Positions 32,084-42,400 of a DNA stretch of 57,082 nucleotides are shown piece after piece; position 1 is the first letter of the stretch, and every line of letters begins with the position of its first letter. The stretch is from Candidatus Latescibacterota bacterium (lineage in GTDB: Bacteria > Latescibacterota > UBA2968), in assembly GCA_003526745.1 (NCBI GenBank), contig DPVD01000106.1, positions 3,664-60,745 of the forward strand, in the 5' to 3' direction. The notes under the pieces are model-generated. The model saw nothing but the letters and a program-made list of their open reading frames with translations, did not search any database and was not told the origin of the DNA. The translations under genes and the position numbers were made by a program.

Positions 32084-33781
32084 CTAGCGGCTCTGTTCTG
32101 CCACAATTCTACGAGCACGATTCAGCGCTCCAGCAATTTCATGAGCACGGATCATTACAAGTCGGCCAGTGGGACGGTCTGTTAATGAATCGAGCCCTTG
32201 ATCGTAGACCTTCCCCACGGCCTTTGTCACCACCTCCTTGAGCACCGTTCCCGATCCGATCTCGTCTGCGCAATGCTTCAGGAAGTGACCCAAACTCGTC
32301 ATTTGCCCCTCTATACAGAGTTGCTCCAAAGCTGAACAGTCTATTCGGTCCTCACCGACCTGAAGCTCTCGACCGCGATGTCTGACTCTGATTCCTTGAG
32401 TGCTCCTGCCTACGACCCACTGAGCTATCTGCCTAGACCGACGCCATTCCTGAAACGAATTACACTCCTCTCCTGATCGAGGCACCTCCTCTGCGATGCG
32501 CTTGGCCTCGCGGGTCACGTCCTTTATTTCATAGTTGGTTATTCGGAGAACCGCGTCTGCTGTCTCGAAGAAGGCGCCCGACCCGCCCATCACCAGAATC
32601 GTCGAAACTCCGAAGGTAGCAAGCGACCTGACGTATAATACATAGGGACGCAGGGGCTCGTTCCTGTTTTCGATCAGGCGAGTCATCCGCTCATCGCGAA
32701 TCAAAAAGTTCGTCGCAGAGGTATCTTCATCCATAAGAAGAACAGACCCCCCCATCTCGATCACTTCGTTCACACTTGCTGCTTGAGACGTACTCCCGCT
32801 TGCGTCATCAGTCGAGAACACGTCAGATGAAAGACCTGTCGGAAGTTCACCCACGAACGGACTGAGATCCACACAACCGACGCTTCGCCCCTCTTCGGCC
32901 CTAACCTTCACCGCATCCCGGTCCGTGACGACGTATTCCCGACCGTCTCCCGGAACGTGGTTGTAAATCCCCCGCTCAATCGCCTTCAACAGGGTCGACT
33001 TGCCATGGTAGCCGCCGCCCGTGATTAGCGTGACACCCTGCCGGATCCCCATGCCTCCCACCCGGCCCTTATTAGGTGTATCAAGCTCGACACGTAGCGT
33101 TTGCGGGGAGCAAAACGGGATCGCCGCATCGCCCGACATTGGCCGATCGTCTTCCCCGGATCGACGTGGCAGTATGGCGCCATCGGCGATGAAGGCAACC
33201 AGGCCGGCTTTTTTAAGCTGATACCGGATGACATCTTGGTCCTCATGCGTCTCTAAGTGTCTGCGTAGATGATCTTCAAGATCCTCCAGATCGAGTGCCT
33301 CTCGAATCGCTTCTGGAAGATCCCGGGTCAGCAATCGACAGGCGGCTTGGCCTGAAACTCTTCGACCTTGAGCCGGAAGGCCTGCATAAGCCCTGATCTC
33401 GAACCGTTCTCTATCTAGCTGAACAGAAGTTCGTTCAACGATCTCCTGACCAGGTATTGCGATCTCTAGCCTTCCGCTGCTACCAGAACCGGATCGCCTA
33501 CTGCGGGTAGAAAGGGCATCAACCAGTCGTCGCGTCAGATAGTCACAGATCGCGATGCGCCGGGAATCGCTTGACCAGATATCCGAATCCAGTCCCGTTT
33601 CTCTGGAGTCGACAAATACGCGTATTAGCGTCGGAGGGGCGAACGGATCTCGCTGAACGCGATCGATCTGTAGCTTGAACAAGGGGAAAGCGTAGCTTCC
33701 CTCTAAGTCTCGATACGCTGGGTAGCCCCGACCATCGATCTGTTCGAGACGGCTGGTCAGTGATTCGGGTGTTCTATACAT
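32084..33781 (-). CDS. ABC-class ATPase domain protein (COG3044-type)
   Basis: 565 aa. N-terminus LEQIDGRGYPAYRDLEGSY and P-loop region GVTLITGGGYHGKSTLLKAIERGIYNHVPGDGRE match my memory of the predicted-ABC-class-ATPase family. Confidence 0.7.
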   Translation of the reverse strand: MYRTPESLTSRLEQIDGRGYPAYRDLEGSYAFPLFKLQIDRVQRDPFAPPTLIRVFVDSRETGLDSDIWSSDSRRIAICDYLTRRLVDALSTRSRRSGSGSSGRLEIAIPGQEIVERTSVQLDRERFEIRAYAGLPAQGRRVSGQAACRLLTRDLPEAIREALDLEDLEDHLRRHLETHEDQDVIRYQLKKAGLVAFIADGAILPRRSGEDDRPMSGDAAIPFCSPQTLRVELDTPNKGRVGGMGIRQGVTLITGGGYHGKSTLLKAIERGIYNHVPGDGREYVVTDRDAVKVRAEEGRSVGCVDLSPFVGELPTGLSSDVFSTDDASGSTSQAASVNEVIEMGGSVLLMDEDTSATNFLIRDERMTRLIENRNEPLRPYVLYVRSLATFGVSTILVMGGSGAFFETADAVLRITNYEIKDVTREAKRIAEEVPRSGEECNSFQEWRRSRQIAQWVVGRSTQGIRVRHRGRELQVGEDRIDCSALEQLCIEGQMTSLGHFLKHCADEIGSGTVLKEVVTKAVGKVYDQGLDSLTDRPTGRLVMIRAHEIAGALNRARRIVAEQSR

Positions 33782-33791
33782 TTCCCGGCCC

Positions 33792-33827
33792 CAACAGAAA
33801 GAGGGGGACTCAGAACCTGAGTCCCCC
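33792..33827 (-). terminator. rho-independent terminator of the rpsF-rpsR-rplI operon
   Basis: GGGGGACTCAG-aac-CTGAGTCCCCC, a perfect 11-bp stem (33803-33827). On the minus strand it is followed by TCTTTCTGTT. It lies 30 nt past the rplI stop. Confidence 0.8.
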
Positions 33828-33856
33828 TACGCACCACCCTTGCGGGTCGGTAACGA

Positions 33857-34300
33857 TTACTCCTTGACCACCCACACCTTTACGGTCGTTTCCACCTCAG
33901 AATGCAGCTTGATCGGAATGTCGTAGACCCCGAGCGCACGGATCGGCTCATCTAGCTGAATCGTTCGCCGATCAACCTCGAAGCCCTGTTCATTCAATTG
34001 TTCACCAATCTGTTGGTTCGTCACAGAACCAAAGATCCGATCTTCCTCACCCACTGCAACGGCGATCGTCACAGACGCTTTGCTCAGGGCCTTGGCCTTC
34101 TCCTCAGCCTCACGCTTGTCTTTCGCCAGCTGTGCGCCGTGCTGCTTCTTAACCGACTCATATACCGCCATGTTTCCACTGTTGGCAATCAGCGCAAGCT
34201 CCCTCGGAAGCAGGTAATTCCTTGCGTAGCCGGGCTTGACCTCGACGATCTCACCCGCGTCACCCACGTGCTCGAGAGTCTTTGTTAAGATAACCTTCAT
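33857..34300 (-). CDS. rplI: 50S ribosomal protein L9
   Basis: 147 aa; MKVILTKTLEHVGDAGEIVEVKPGYARNYLLPRELA is the L9 N-terminal signature. Confidence 0.95.
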   Translation of the reverse strand: MKVILTKTLEHVGDAGEIVEVKPGYARNYLLPRELALIANSGNMAVYESVKKQHGAQLAKDKREAEEKAKALSKASVTIAVAVGEEDRIFGSVTNQQIGEQLNEQGFEVDRRTIQLDEPIRALGVYDIPIKLHSEVETTVKVWVVKE

Positions 34301-34309
34301 TGATCCCTC

Positions 34310-34537
34310 CTACTTTGCCGATTCTGCGGCGTAAGGCAGGACGGCGATGTTCCGAGCCCGCTTGATGGCGGTCGTCAATTCACGTTGATGACGTGCGCAC
34401 GTGCCGGTCATCCTCCTAGGGATCACCTTGCCACGCTCCGTCACAAAACGTCTAAGCTGTCTGTCGTCTTTGTAGTTGATCGTAACAGCCTTGTCTTCGC
34501 AGAAGCGGCATACCTTTACTCGGCCACGGACGTTCAT
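34310..34537 (-). CDS. rpsR: 30S ribosomal protein S18
   Basis: 75 aa; [53 protein letters not shown]. Confidence 0.95.
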   Translation of the reverse strand: MNVRGRVKVCRFCEDKAVTINYKDDRQLRRFVTERGKVIPRRMTGTCARHQRELTTAIKRARNIAVLPYAAESAK

Positions 34538-34923
34538 TCCTTGCTCTCCTCGCTACTGTCCGACTGTTCCTCGCCTGAGAGCTCATCACCATTCTCAGAA
34601 TCTGTCTCCGGCTCCTCGTTCGGAACGATCGGTGCCTGGTCCATCTTGATGAATAGATGTCGCAACACGCTCTGATCCAGCCTGAGCTGTCGATCCATTT
34701 CCTGGACCATTGGGCTCTCACCCGTGAACTGAAAGTAGGTGTAGTCTGCCTGGACCTGTTTCTTGATCTCGTAAGCCAGCTTCCGAACGCCCCGCCGGTC
34801 CGCAACCACCGGATCGGCGCCGTTGTCGTTCAGGAACGACTCGTACTTCTCTACGACCTGGCTGACCGCCTCATCGCCCGATTGTGAATCGACGATCAAG
34901 GTCAACTCATAGTGTCTTGACAT
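34534..34923 (-). CDS. rpsF: 30S ribosomal protein S6 (with acidic C-terminal tail)
   Basis: 129 aa; [13 protein letters not shown]...[23 protein letters not shown]. 4-nt overlap with rpsR. No ssb/priB gene lies between S6 and S18. Confidence 0.93.
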   Translation of the reverse strand: MSRHYELTLIVDSQSGDEAVSQVVEKYESFLNDNGADPVVADRRGVRKLAYEIKKQVQADYTYFQFTGESPMVQEMDRQLRLDQSVLRHLFIKMDQAPIVPNEEPETDSENGDELSGEEQSDSSEESKE

Positions 34924-35006
34924 ACAACCTCCCTTGGACTGTTTGGCTCAGCTTTTCGTCTGAGCGGGAGTTGGGGGTGACTTCGGGGCGGTCCCGAAGT
35001 CTAGTA

Positions 35007-37019
35007 TTACCAAGCTTTTAGGATGGGCGCGAGTACGAGTGATACAACGGACATCAGTTTGATCAGAATGTTCAACGCAGGGCCCGACGTATCCTTGAGC
35101 GGATCCCCGACAGTATCGCCTACAACGGACGCCTTGTGGGCCTCCGATCCCTTCCCACCAAGATTGCCATCCTCGATCCACTTTTTTCCGTTGTCAAGGG
35201 CGCCACCGGTGTTCGCCATCATCAGGGCAACAAGGACACCGCTCAACGTCGCGCCTCCCAGCATCCCTCCCAACGCTTCCGGACCCAAAAGGGTACCGAC
35301 GAGCACAGGGCTGAGCACGGCAACCAAGCCAGGCATAATCATTTCGCGTAAAGCTGCTACCGTGCTGATGTCGACGCACCGACGTGTGTCCGGCTTTCCC
35401 GTCCCCTCCATCAGCCCGGGGATCTCTCTGAACTGACGCCGCACCTCCTCGACCATCTTGAAAGCAGCCTTCCCGACGGACGTCATCGTCAGAGCGGCCA
35501 CAAAGAACGGAACCGCACCACCAACAAACAACCCGATCACGACAATCGGTTTGGTGAGATCTATCGACTCAAGACCGACCGCAGCAGTGTAAGCTGAGAA
35601 CAGGGCGAGTGCCGTCAGAGCAGCCGATCCAATTGCGAAACCCTTACCGATCGCCGCCGTGGTGTTCCCGATCGAGTCCAAACCGTCCGTGATCTTCCGA
35701 GTGTCTGGCCCGAGTTCGGCCATCTCGGAGATACCGCCGGCATTGTCTGCGATCGGACCGTACGCATCGACGGCCATCGTCACACCGACAGTTGAAAGCA
35801 TCCCGACGGACGCGATGCCGATCCCATACAGACCGGCGAAGTGGTAGCCAAAACCGATCGCCGCGCAGATCGCCAAGATCGGGAGCATCGTGCTCTCCAT
35901 TCCAACGGCGAGGCCCGCGATCATGTTGGTTGCAGGACCCGTCTCTGAAGCGGTGGCGATCCGGCGGATTGGTGCACCACCAGTGTAATATTCCGTCATC
36001 AGGCCGATCGCGATACCCGTGACACCACCGAAACACACGGCGTAAAAGATCTGCTGCGACAGACCGACTGAATTGATAAAATAGTAGCTTCCGGCGAACA
36101 TCAGAACTGCCGATATGAGCGGCACATTACGAAGCGCTGCAGCCGGACCTATATTTCGCAAAAACCGCATCGAAAGGACACCGAGCAGCGAGGAAACGAG
36201 ACCAATCATCGCTATTGCAATCGGCAGCTGCATAGCCAGGATCTGAATAAGTGATGCATCCTGAGCCCGTCCGCCGAGCAGATCGAGCAATCCTGAGTTT
36301 GCTGTCGCCGCGATCGCGATGGTTGCGATGATCGAGCCGACATACGACTCGAAGATATCGGCGCCCATCCCGGCAACATCTCCAACATTGTCACCGACGT
36401 TGTCTGCGATACTGGCCGGGTTACGCGGGTCGTCTTCCGGAATCCCCGCTTCGACTTTGCCGACCAAATCCGCGCCCACGTCTGCCGCCTTGGTGTAGAT
36501 ACCACCACCCACACGAGCGAACAATGCGATCGAGCTCGCACCCATCGCGAAGCCGTTGATGATCTTCGCCTGATCGGGTGAACCGTAGTAGGAGAAGAGG
36601 ATTCCAACACCAAGGAGGCCCAGACTTGCGACCGCAAGCCCCATGACCGTACCGCCAGAAAAAGCGATGGCCAGCGCTTGAGGCTGGCCATCCTGGTTTG
36701 CCGCATATGTCGTGCGCACGTTCGCTCGTGTCGCTGCCTTCATCCCGAGGAATCCGGCAAGGATCGAGCAGACAGATCCGAGGATGAAGGCGCCGGCCGT
36801 ATCCGTACCGATACCCTTAGCAAGGGCGAGGGTCACGAGTGCAACGAAAACAGCGAGAACAACGTATTCTCGCTTGATGAATGCCATCGCACCTTCGTGT
36901 ATGGCGTCAGAAATCTCCTTCATCCGCTCGGTGCCGACCGGCTTCTTGAGAATGCGCAGATAGATAACGAGCGCACAACCCAGACCAACCACGCCGAACG
37001 ACGGTGCCCATTCGATCAT
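35007..37019 (-). CDS. hppA: membrane-integral ion-translocating pyrophosphatase
   Basis: 670 aa. [55 protein letters not shown] and [12 protein letters not shown] are present. [16 protein letters not shown] has Ala at the position used by the published A/K rule, which suggests the K+-dependent type. Confidence 0.93.
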   Translation of the reverse strand: MIEWAPSFGVVGLGCALVIYLRILKKPVGTERMKEISDAIHEGAMAFIKREYVVLAVFVALVTLALAKGIGTDTAGAFILGSVCSILAGFLGMKAATRANVRTTYAANQDGQPQALAIAFSGGTVMGLAVASLGLLGVGILFSYYGSPDQAKIINGFAMGASSIALFARVGGGIYTKAADVGADLVGKVEAGIPEDDPRNPASIADNVGDNVGDVAGMGADIFESYVGSIIATIAIAATANSGLLDLLGGRAQDASLIQILAMQLPIAIAMIGLVSSLLGVLSMRFLRNIGPAAALRNVPLISAVLMFAGSYYFINSVGLSQQIFYAVCFGGVTGIAIGLMTEYYTGGAPIRRIATASETGPATNMIAGLAVGMESTMLPILAICAAIGFGYHFAGLYGIGIASVGMLSTVGVTMAVDAYGPIADNAGGISEMAELGPDTRKITDGLDSIGNTTAAIGKGFAIGSAALTALALFSAYTAAVGLESIDLTKPIVVIGLFVGGAVPFFVAALTMTSVGKAAFKMVEEVRRQFREIPGLMEGTGKPDTRRCVDISTVAALREMIMPGLVAVLSPVLVGTLLGPEALGGMLGGATLSGVLVALMMANTGGALDNGKKWIEDGNLGGKGSEAHKASVVGDTVGDPLKDTSGPALNILIKLMSVVSLVLAPILKAW

Positions 37020-37067
37020 CTTAAACTCCGGGGGTAACCCCTAATATCTGGAAAAGACACTGGGCTG

Positions 37068-37706
37068 TTACCTCCCATTGAAGAGGTTCATGGTGATGCC
37101 CACACCGTCACTGCACCAGCTGCGGACCGCATCCGCAGCGTTCTGGAACATAGTCGACACCTGACTGAATTCATTTTTCTCGAACTGGCCCAGCACGAAA
37201 TCGATCTGTGACGAGTCGTCGGGAACAGTTCCCACACCGAGGCGAACTCGAACGTAATCATCACTTCTCATGAGCGAGGAGATTGAGGCGAGACCATTGT
37301 GGCCTCCATCGGACCCCGACCCTCTAATCCGGATACGACCCACATCAAGATTGATGTCGTCCACGAGCACGATCAGATCGCTGACCGAACAACCGAATCG
37401 CTTGAGCACATCACGAACGGCAACGCCCGAGTCGTTCATGTAGGTAGTAGGCCGCGTCAGGTGCACAGGTCTAGATCGCACCGTCACGTGCGCTACATCA
37501 AATGTTGATGTGCTCACCCAGCTGCGCGAGTTCGCCAGCCTTTTGACAACCTCGAAGCCGGCGTTGTGGCGAGAACCGTCGTAGCGCGGTCCCGGATTCC
37601 CGAGGCCGACAACAACCCTAGCCAGCCTACTCCTCGCCCGCTTCTTCTTCGTCGTCCTTTTTCCCTCGCTCGATGAGCTCAGGTTCTGTTGCACCCTCTT
37701 CGACAT
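37068..37706 (-). CDS. pth: peptidyl-tRNA hydrolase
   Basis: ORF 37068..37832. The conserved core starts at VVVGLGNPGPRYDGSRHNAGF (about 37610). In-frame standard starts are ATG 37706 and GTG 37694, both inside rplY; otherwise only CTG 37625. The start is uncertain. Confidence 0.85.
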   Translation of the reverse strand: MSKRVQQNLSSSSEGKRTTKKKRARSRLARVVVGLGNPGPRYDGSRHNAGFEVVKRLANSRSWVSTSTFDVAHVTVRSRPVHLTRPTTYMNDSGVAVRDVLKRFGCSVSDLIVLVDDINLDVGRIRIRGSGSDGGHNGLASISSLMRSDDYVRVRLGVGTVPDDSSQIDFVLGQFEKNEFSQVSTMFQNAADAVRSWCSDGVGITMNLFNGR

Positions 37707-38304
37707 CCTCAAGCTCGCCCTCTTCCTCCTGCTCGTCCTCCTGGCGGACTGTCGGCGGAGCAACAGCAAATACGGACCGATCACTTTCAGTGACGAAAAC
37801 AGTTCCTTCAGGGGCGACGAGATCTGAAACATGGATCGTATCCCCGATGACCATTTCGCTCACATCGTAGGTCAGCTCGTCGGGGATGTTCGTCGGAAGA
37901 CAGTCAAGTTCGATCTCATGGAGCATGTGCTCGAGAATGCCGCCATCGTTGCGGACACCGACTGGAGTCCCTTCGCTGTGGACAGCGACCTCAACCACGA
38001 TCCGCTGGGTCATCGAGATCCGGTGGAAATCGATGTGCAGGATCTCACCGGAGACCGGATGGTTCTGGATCTCTTTCACGATTGTCGAATAGTCAGAGCC
38101 TTCAACCTTGAGCGAAACGATCGCGTTTCGACCAAAGTTACTGATCAGGGTTCTGAACTCACGTTGGTCGACGGAGAATTTGACCGAATCGATCTCCGAG
38201 CCATAGACCACGGCCGGGACGGCCCCCTCACGACGGAATCGCCGGGAAACGCCCTTGCCGGCGCCAGCCCTCAGCTTGCCCTCCAGAACGGCTGTATCTG
38301 ACAT
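37627..38304 (-). CDS. rplY: 50S ribosomal protein L25/Ctc (long form) with acidic tail
   Basis: ORF 37627..38376; start ATG 38304 preceded by GGAGGAG. RRFRREGAVPAVVYG and the two-domain Ctc length are present. The C-terminus is QEDEQEEEGELEDVEEG...DDEEEAGEE. Confidence 0.9.
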   Translation of the reverse strand: MSDTAVLEGKLRAGAGKGVSRRFRREGAVPAVVYGSEIDSVKFSVDQREFRTLISNFGRNAIVSLKVEGSDYSTIVKEIQNHPVSGEILHIDFHRISMTQRIVVEVAVHSEGTPVGVRNDGGILEHMLHEIELDCLPTNIPDELTYDVSEMVIGDTIHVSDLVAPEGTVFVTESDRSVFAVAPPTVRQEDEQEEEGELEDVEEGATEPELIERGKKDDEEEAGEE

Positions 38305-38334
38305 TCTCTCCTCCAACTCTGACCCCGGGCGTGT

Positions 38335-38408
38335 TGGCTGCCGGGCAGGGATTCGAACCCCGATAGGCGGCTCCAAAAGCCGCTGTCTTACCCTTAGACG
38401 ACCCGGCA
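38335..38408 (-). tRNA. tRNA-Gln (anticodon UUG), CCA encoded
   Basis: Minus-strand read: TGCCGGG TC GTCT AAGGGTA AGAC A GCGGC TTTTGGA GCCGC CTAT CGGGG TTCGAAT CCCTG CCCGGCA G CCA. Clean cloverleaf with a U1-A72 pair and G73, as in bacterial tRNA-Gln. Confidence 0.9.
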
Positions 38409-38427
38409 GCCCTGATCCCCAGTAGAT

Positions 38428-39291
38428 TTATTGAACCTGACGACGCACGGGCCTGCAGAAACGAGCAGAATAGCCCAGGCTTCGCAGGTGCTCAATGGTT
38501 GACAGCGCATCCGATTCTAGCGCAAAACCACCGTATAGGGTCGATCCCGTTCCACTCATCGAGGCAACTTTTGCGCCTCCCCCGCGAAGAACGGAAAGGA
38601 TTCGTTCCGTGCTTGGATACCGCGCCTCGACAACAGGCAAAAAATCATTTTTGATCAACCCGAACAGCTCGTAAATATCGACTTTACCCGAGCCGCGCGC
38701 AGAATTTAAAAATCTAATATATGGGCTATCAATTGTCAATTTCATATTAAGTTTTCCAAATGCCCAAGGCGTGGCCACCCGATAACCAGGATCGACCAAA
38801 ACAAACCATACATCCCCTTCACAATCAATAGGTTGCACGATATCGCCCTTCCCTGAAACGCAGGCTGTCCCCCCCGTCATAAAGAAAGGAACGTCGGCCC
38901 CGACCGTCTCGCCAATCTTTGCCATTCGGGCTCTTTGTAGGTCAAGATCCCAGAAGGATGTCAGGCCAAGCATGGACGATGCAGCATTTGAGCTCCCGCC
39001 GCCGAGCCCTCCTCCCGCAGGGATGTGTTTCTCGATCTTGATATTGGCGCTCAGCTCGGGCCTCCTCAGCGCATCTCGGAGAGCCGCAGCAGCTCGATAG
39101 GCGAGGTTCTCCTCGCCATCCGGAACCGAAGGATCGTCTGATGTTACTGAAAGGCTCTCACTATTGCTAATCGTGATCCGATCCGCAAGATCGACCTCTT
39201 GGAAGACCGACTGGATGTCATGGTAACCGTCCTCTCGTCTGCCCACGACTACAAGACCGAGGTTCAGCTTAGCGTACGAATCTATCTTCAT
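38428..39291 (-). CDS. ispE: 4-diphosphocytidyl-2-C-methyl-D-erythritol kinase
   Basis: ORF 38428..39330; likely start ATG 39291 (MKIDSYAKLNLGLVVVGRREDGYHDIQSVF). GHMP-kinase motif PAGGGLGGGSSNAAS. Confidence 0.9.
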   Translation of the reverse strand: MKIDSYAKLNLGLVVVGRREDGYHDIQSVFQEVDLADRITISNSESLSVTSDDPSVPDGEENLAYRAAAALRDALRRPELSANIKIEKHIPAGGGLGGGSSNAASSMLGLTSFWDLDLQRARMAKIGETVGADVPFFMTGGTACVSGKGDIVQPIDCEGDVWFVLVDPGYRVATPWAFGKLNMKLTIDSPYIRFLNSARGSGKVDIYELFGLIKNDFLPVVEARYPSTERILSVLRGGGAKVASMSGTGSTLYGGFALESDALSTIEHLRSLGYSARFCRPVRRQVQ

Positions 39292-39430
39292 AGGATCTGC
39301 CAAAGTTGCAGATGGTGCAGAGATTGACAATTACTCTTCCCCAGTCTGAGACACATCGTTGACTGGTCCCGAAATATAGAGTAAATTTGCATATGTAACC
39401 ATTTTCTGCCCACAGACAATTGGGGAATCC

Positions 39431-42400
39431 TTGATCGAGAAACGCAATCTTGTACGGCTGAGTAGATCGGCCATTTTGACTGTTTTGCTCTTGCTCCTCT
39501 TCGGTCCAGTCTACGGACAGCTTCAGGACGAACGCGAAGCCTTCGAGTATTCACAGGTTCTCTATTCTGACGGACTATACGAGACCGCCGCAGAGGAGTT
39601 CAGGCGTTTCATCCTGAACTACCCGACAAGCGAGCGGCTGGCTCACGCCCGGCTTCGCCTTGCGGAGGCCTACTACCAAGCAGAGTCTCTGACTGAGGCG
39701 GTCGACGCTTACCAGATCTTTGTCGACAGACACCCCGACAACATAGAAGTAATAGGCGCACTCCGGAATCGCGCCACAGCTCTGGAACGACTTGGCGAGC
39801 ATATTCGCGCTGCGGCAGCCTTCAGCGACCTATATGAACGCTTCAGGACTGGCGAGTACGCTGTCCAAGACCTTCTCTCCGCTGGCAGCAACTCAAGAAG
39901 GGCTTACGATTATCCAGCTGCGGAGCAATCCTTGAGGACGATCATCACGAACCATCCATCCTCTCCGCTACTCAGAGAAGCGGCGTTCAACCTCGGCCTC
40001 ACTCTGAGTGATCAGGAGCGACAATCCGAAGCTTTGCAGCAGTTCGAATCGATCGAGAACTCTGAACGCGAACCCGACGCTCTCTTAGAGATTGGCCGAA
40101 TCTCTTTAGAACAGGACAATATCACCAAGGCCGAACGCACCTTCACAGAGCTGCGTAAGAGGTTCCCGCGAAACCGCTCTGCTCATCGGTCATACCTCAT
40201 CCTCGGCGAGTGGTACGAGAATCAGGCGGAATGGTCGAAGGCAATCAAGACATATGAAGCGGCAAGATCTGCGCGACTTGGAACTGCCCAGCAGCAGCTG
40301 GCAATCCTCGGGCTCGCACGCGTCTATCGGAAGACGAATCGAGATGGGCTCCAGCTCTACGCGCAATTCCTGAAGGTCTACCCAACGAGCGAATTCCTAC
40401 CCGATGCTCGTCTGGGCCTCGGTCGCGCCTTCGTCGACAAGAAGCAATATCGCCAGGCGATCAATGCATTCAAGCGTCTCCAGGAAAGCTTCCCGGACCA
40501 CCCATTTAGCATTACAGCACATCGCGACATCGGTGATGTCTACGCCGCGCTAGGGTCGCCTCGCCCTGCGCTTGCGGCATACCAGCGGCATCTCGATCGC
40601 GAAACGGACGCTCAGGAGTCGTCAGCCACAAGGCTGAGCATGGGCCGCGTCTACAGAGAGCAGCTCGGCTGGACCGACCTCGCGATCGAGACCTTCTCGC
40701 AACTCACGATTACCGCCCGGCCTAAAATCGCCGCTTCGGCTCAGTTTCAGCTGGGGCTCGTTCACGAGTCGACCGGCGTTTCGCACCTCGCCATACGTGA
40801 ATATCGGAATTTCCTAGAGCGCTTTGCAGGTGAACCGCAGGCAGGCGAAGCCGAACGCAGGATCCGCTACCTGTCATCGCACGCACCGACTGACCCTATA
40901 GACCAAGAGCTCATTGACCTGCTCGACGACCTAACTTCCGAGTCGATGCCCGCTCGGCTGAAGCTTGGCAAGTTCCTCTTCAGCAAGCGGCACTACGACC
41001 GATCGATCCCTTTCCTTGAAGCTGCCAGTGCGGACACAGCCGGCACTAACTTCGCCGAGGCGTTGTATGTGCTCGGTCACGCGCTCAACGCGATCGACCG
41101 AAGAGAGGAGCTCCTCGATCCAGACGCGCCGGGCAACCGTGGTCGTATTCTGTCGATCTTCAGCAAACTCACCGATACAGAGAGCTCTTGGTCTGACGAC
41201 GCAGCACTCGTCGCAATCGAGCTCAAGCACCCCGGTGCGGACACAGCATCAGCTCAACGGAGAGCGGACGCTTACGACGCTTTCCTCAAGACGCATCCGC
41301 AGTCTGACCGAATCGACGATGCTCGACTAAAGAAAGCCGACACGAACCTTTTTCTCGGCAGGACCAAACCCGGACTCATCGATCTCGCGCTCGCTGACTA
41401 CAGCAAGGTCGCAAAATCAGGCTCTAGCAAACTCGTGGAAAAGGCTGCATACGGTACGGGTAGATGTTTGGCTCTTAAAAAAGACTTCGCTGCAGCCGAG
41501 GATGCACTTCGAGACTTTTTATTCAAGTATCCAAACAGCTCGCTCGGTGATGAAGCGCGCTTCCAGCTCGGGTTGATTCTCCTGGAACGCGGCTACCTCC
41601 AGAGCGCAGCAGCCGAGTTTGCCGATCTCCTGAGAGCACCCACCTCCGTAGACCTCGAAAAATCGAGTCGTGTCCTGCTCGCCGAGTGCTATTACCGGCT
41701 GGAAGACTTCGCATCGGCGATCGAGATCGACGAGACGCTGCTTAGTCGTGGCGCGGAATCCTCAATCCTCAAGCGGCTCGGTGAATCCTACTCCCGGACC
41801 GGAGAGAGCGAGAAGGCCTTGTCAGTCCTCGGACTCTACGTTCGCAAATTCTCGAATACACCCGGTGCCGACTCGCTCGCATTCAGGAGAGCCGAGCTGC
41901 TCGCGCAACTAGGTCGCACCAACCAGGCGATCGAGGCATTCGACAACGTCTCCACGCGGTATCCGAAAAGCGCACTCACATCACCCGCCCTTGCATCGGT
42001 GTCTCGGCTCTACTTCGAGAAACAGAACTACGAAGCAGCACTTAAGGCGGTGACCGGAGCAGGAGTTGCGGCCAACGAGGCAGCGGCAGAACTCAAGATC
42101 GTAACCCTCCTCCGTTTGGACAGAGCCAAACAAGCCCGAAAAGAAATCAAGACATTCAAAAAAAACCACCCAGAAGCGACGGAATCTCTCGCCCGGTTTG
42201 AGGTCGAGCAGGCACGGATACAGCTCCGTTACGGGAATCCCAAAGGTGCGCAAAAGACACTCGAAGGGGTCGCCAAGAAATATGCGGCCACACGGTCGGC
42301 AGCTGATGCGGAGTTCCACCTGATAGAGGCTCTTGAAAAGATCGGCAAGCCGGAGGAGCACTTTGCCGCTCTTCTGTCATTCGTAAAAAACAGGAAGAAC

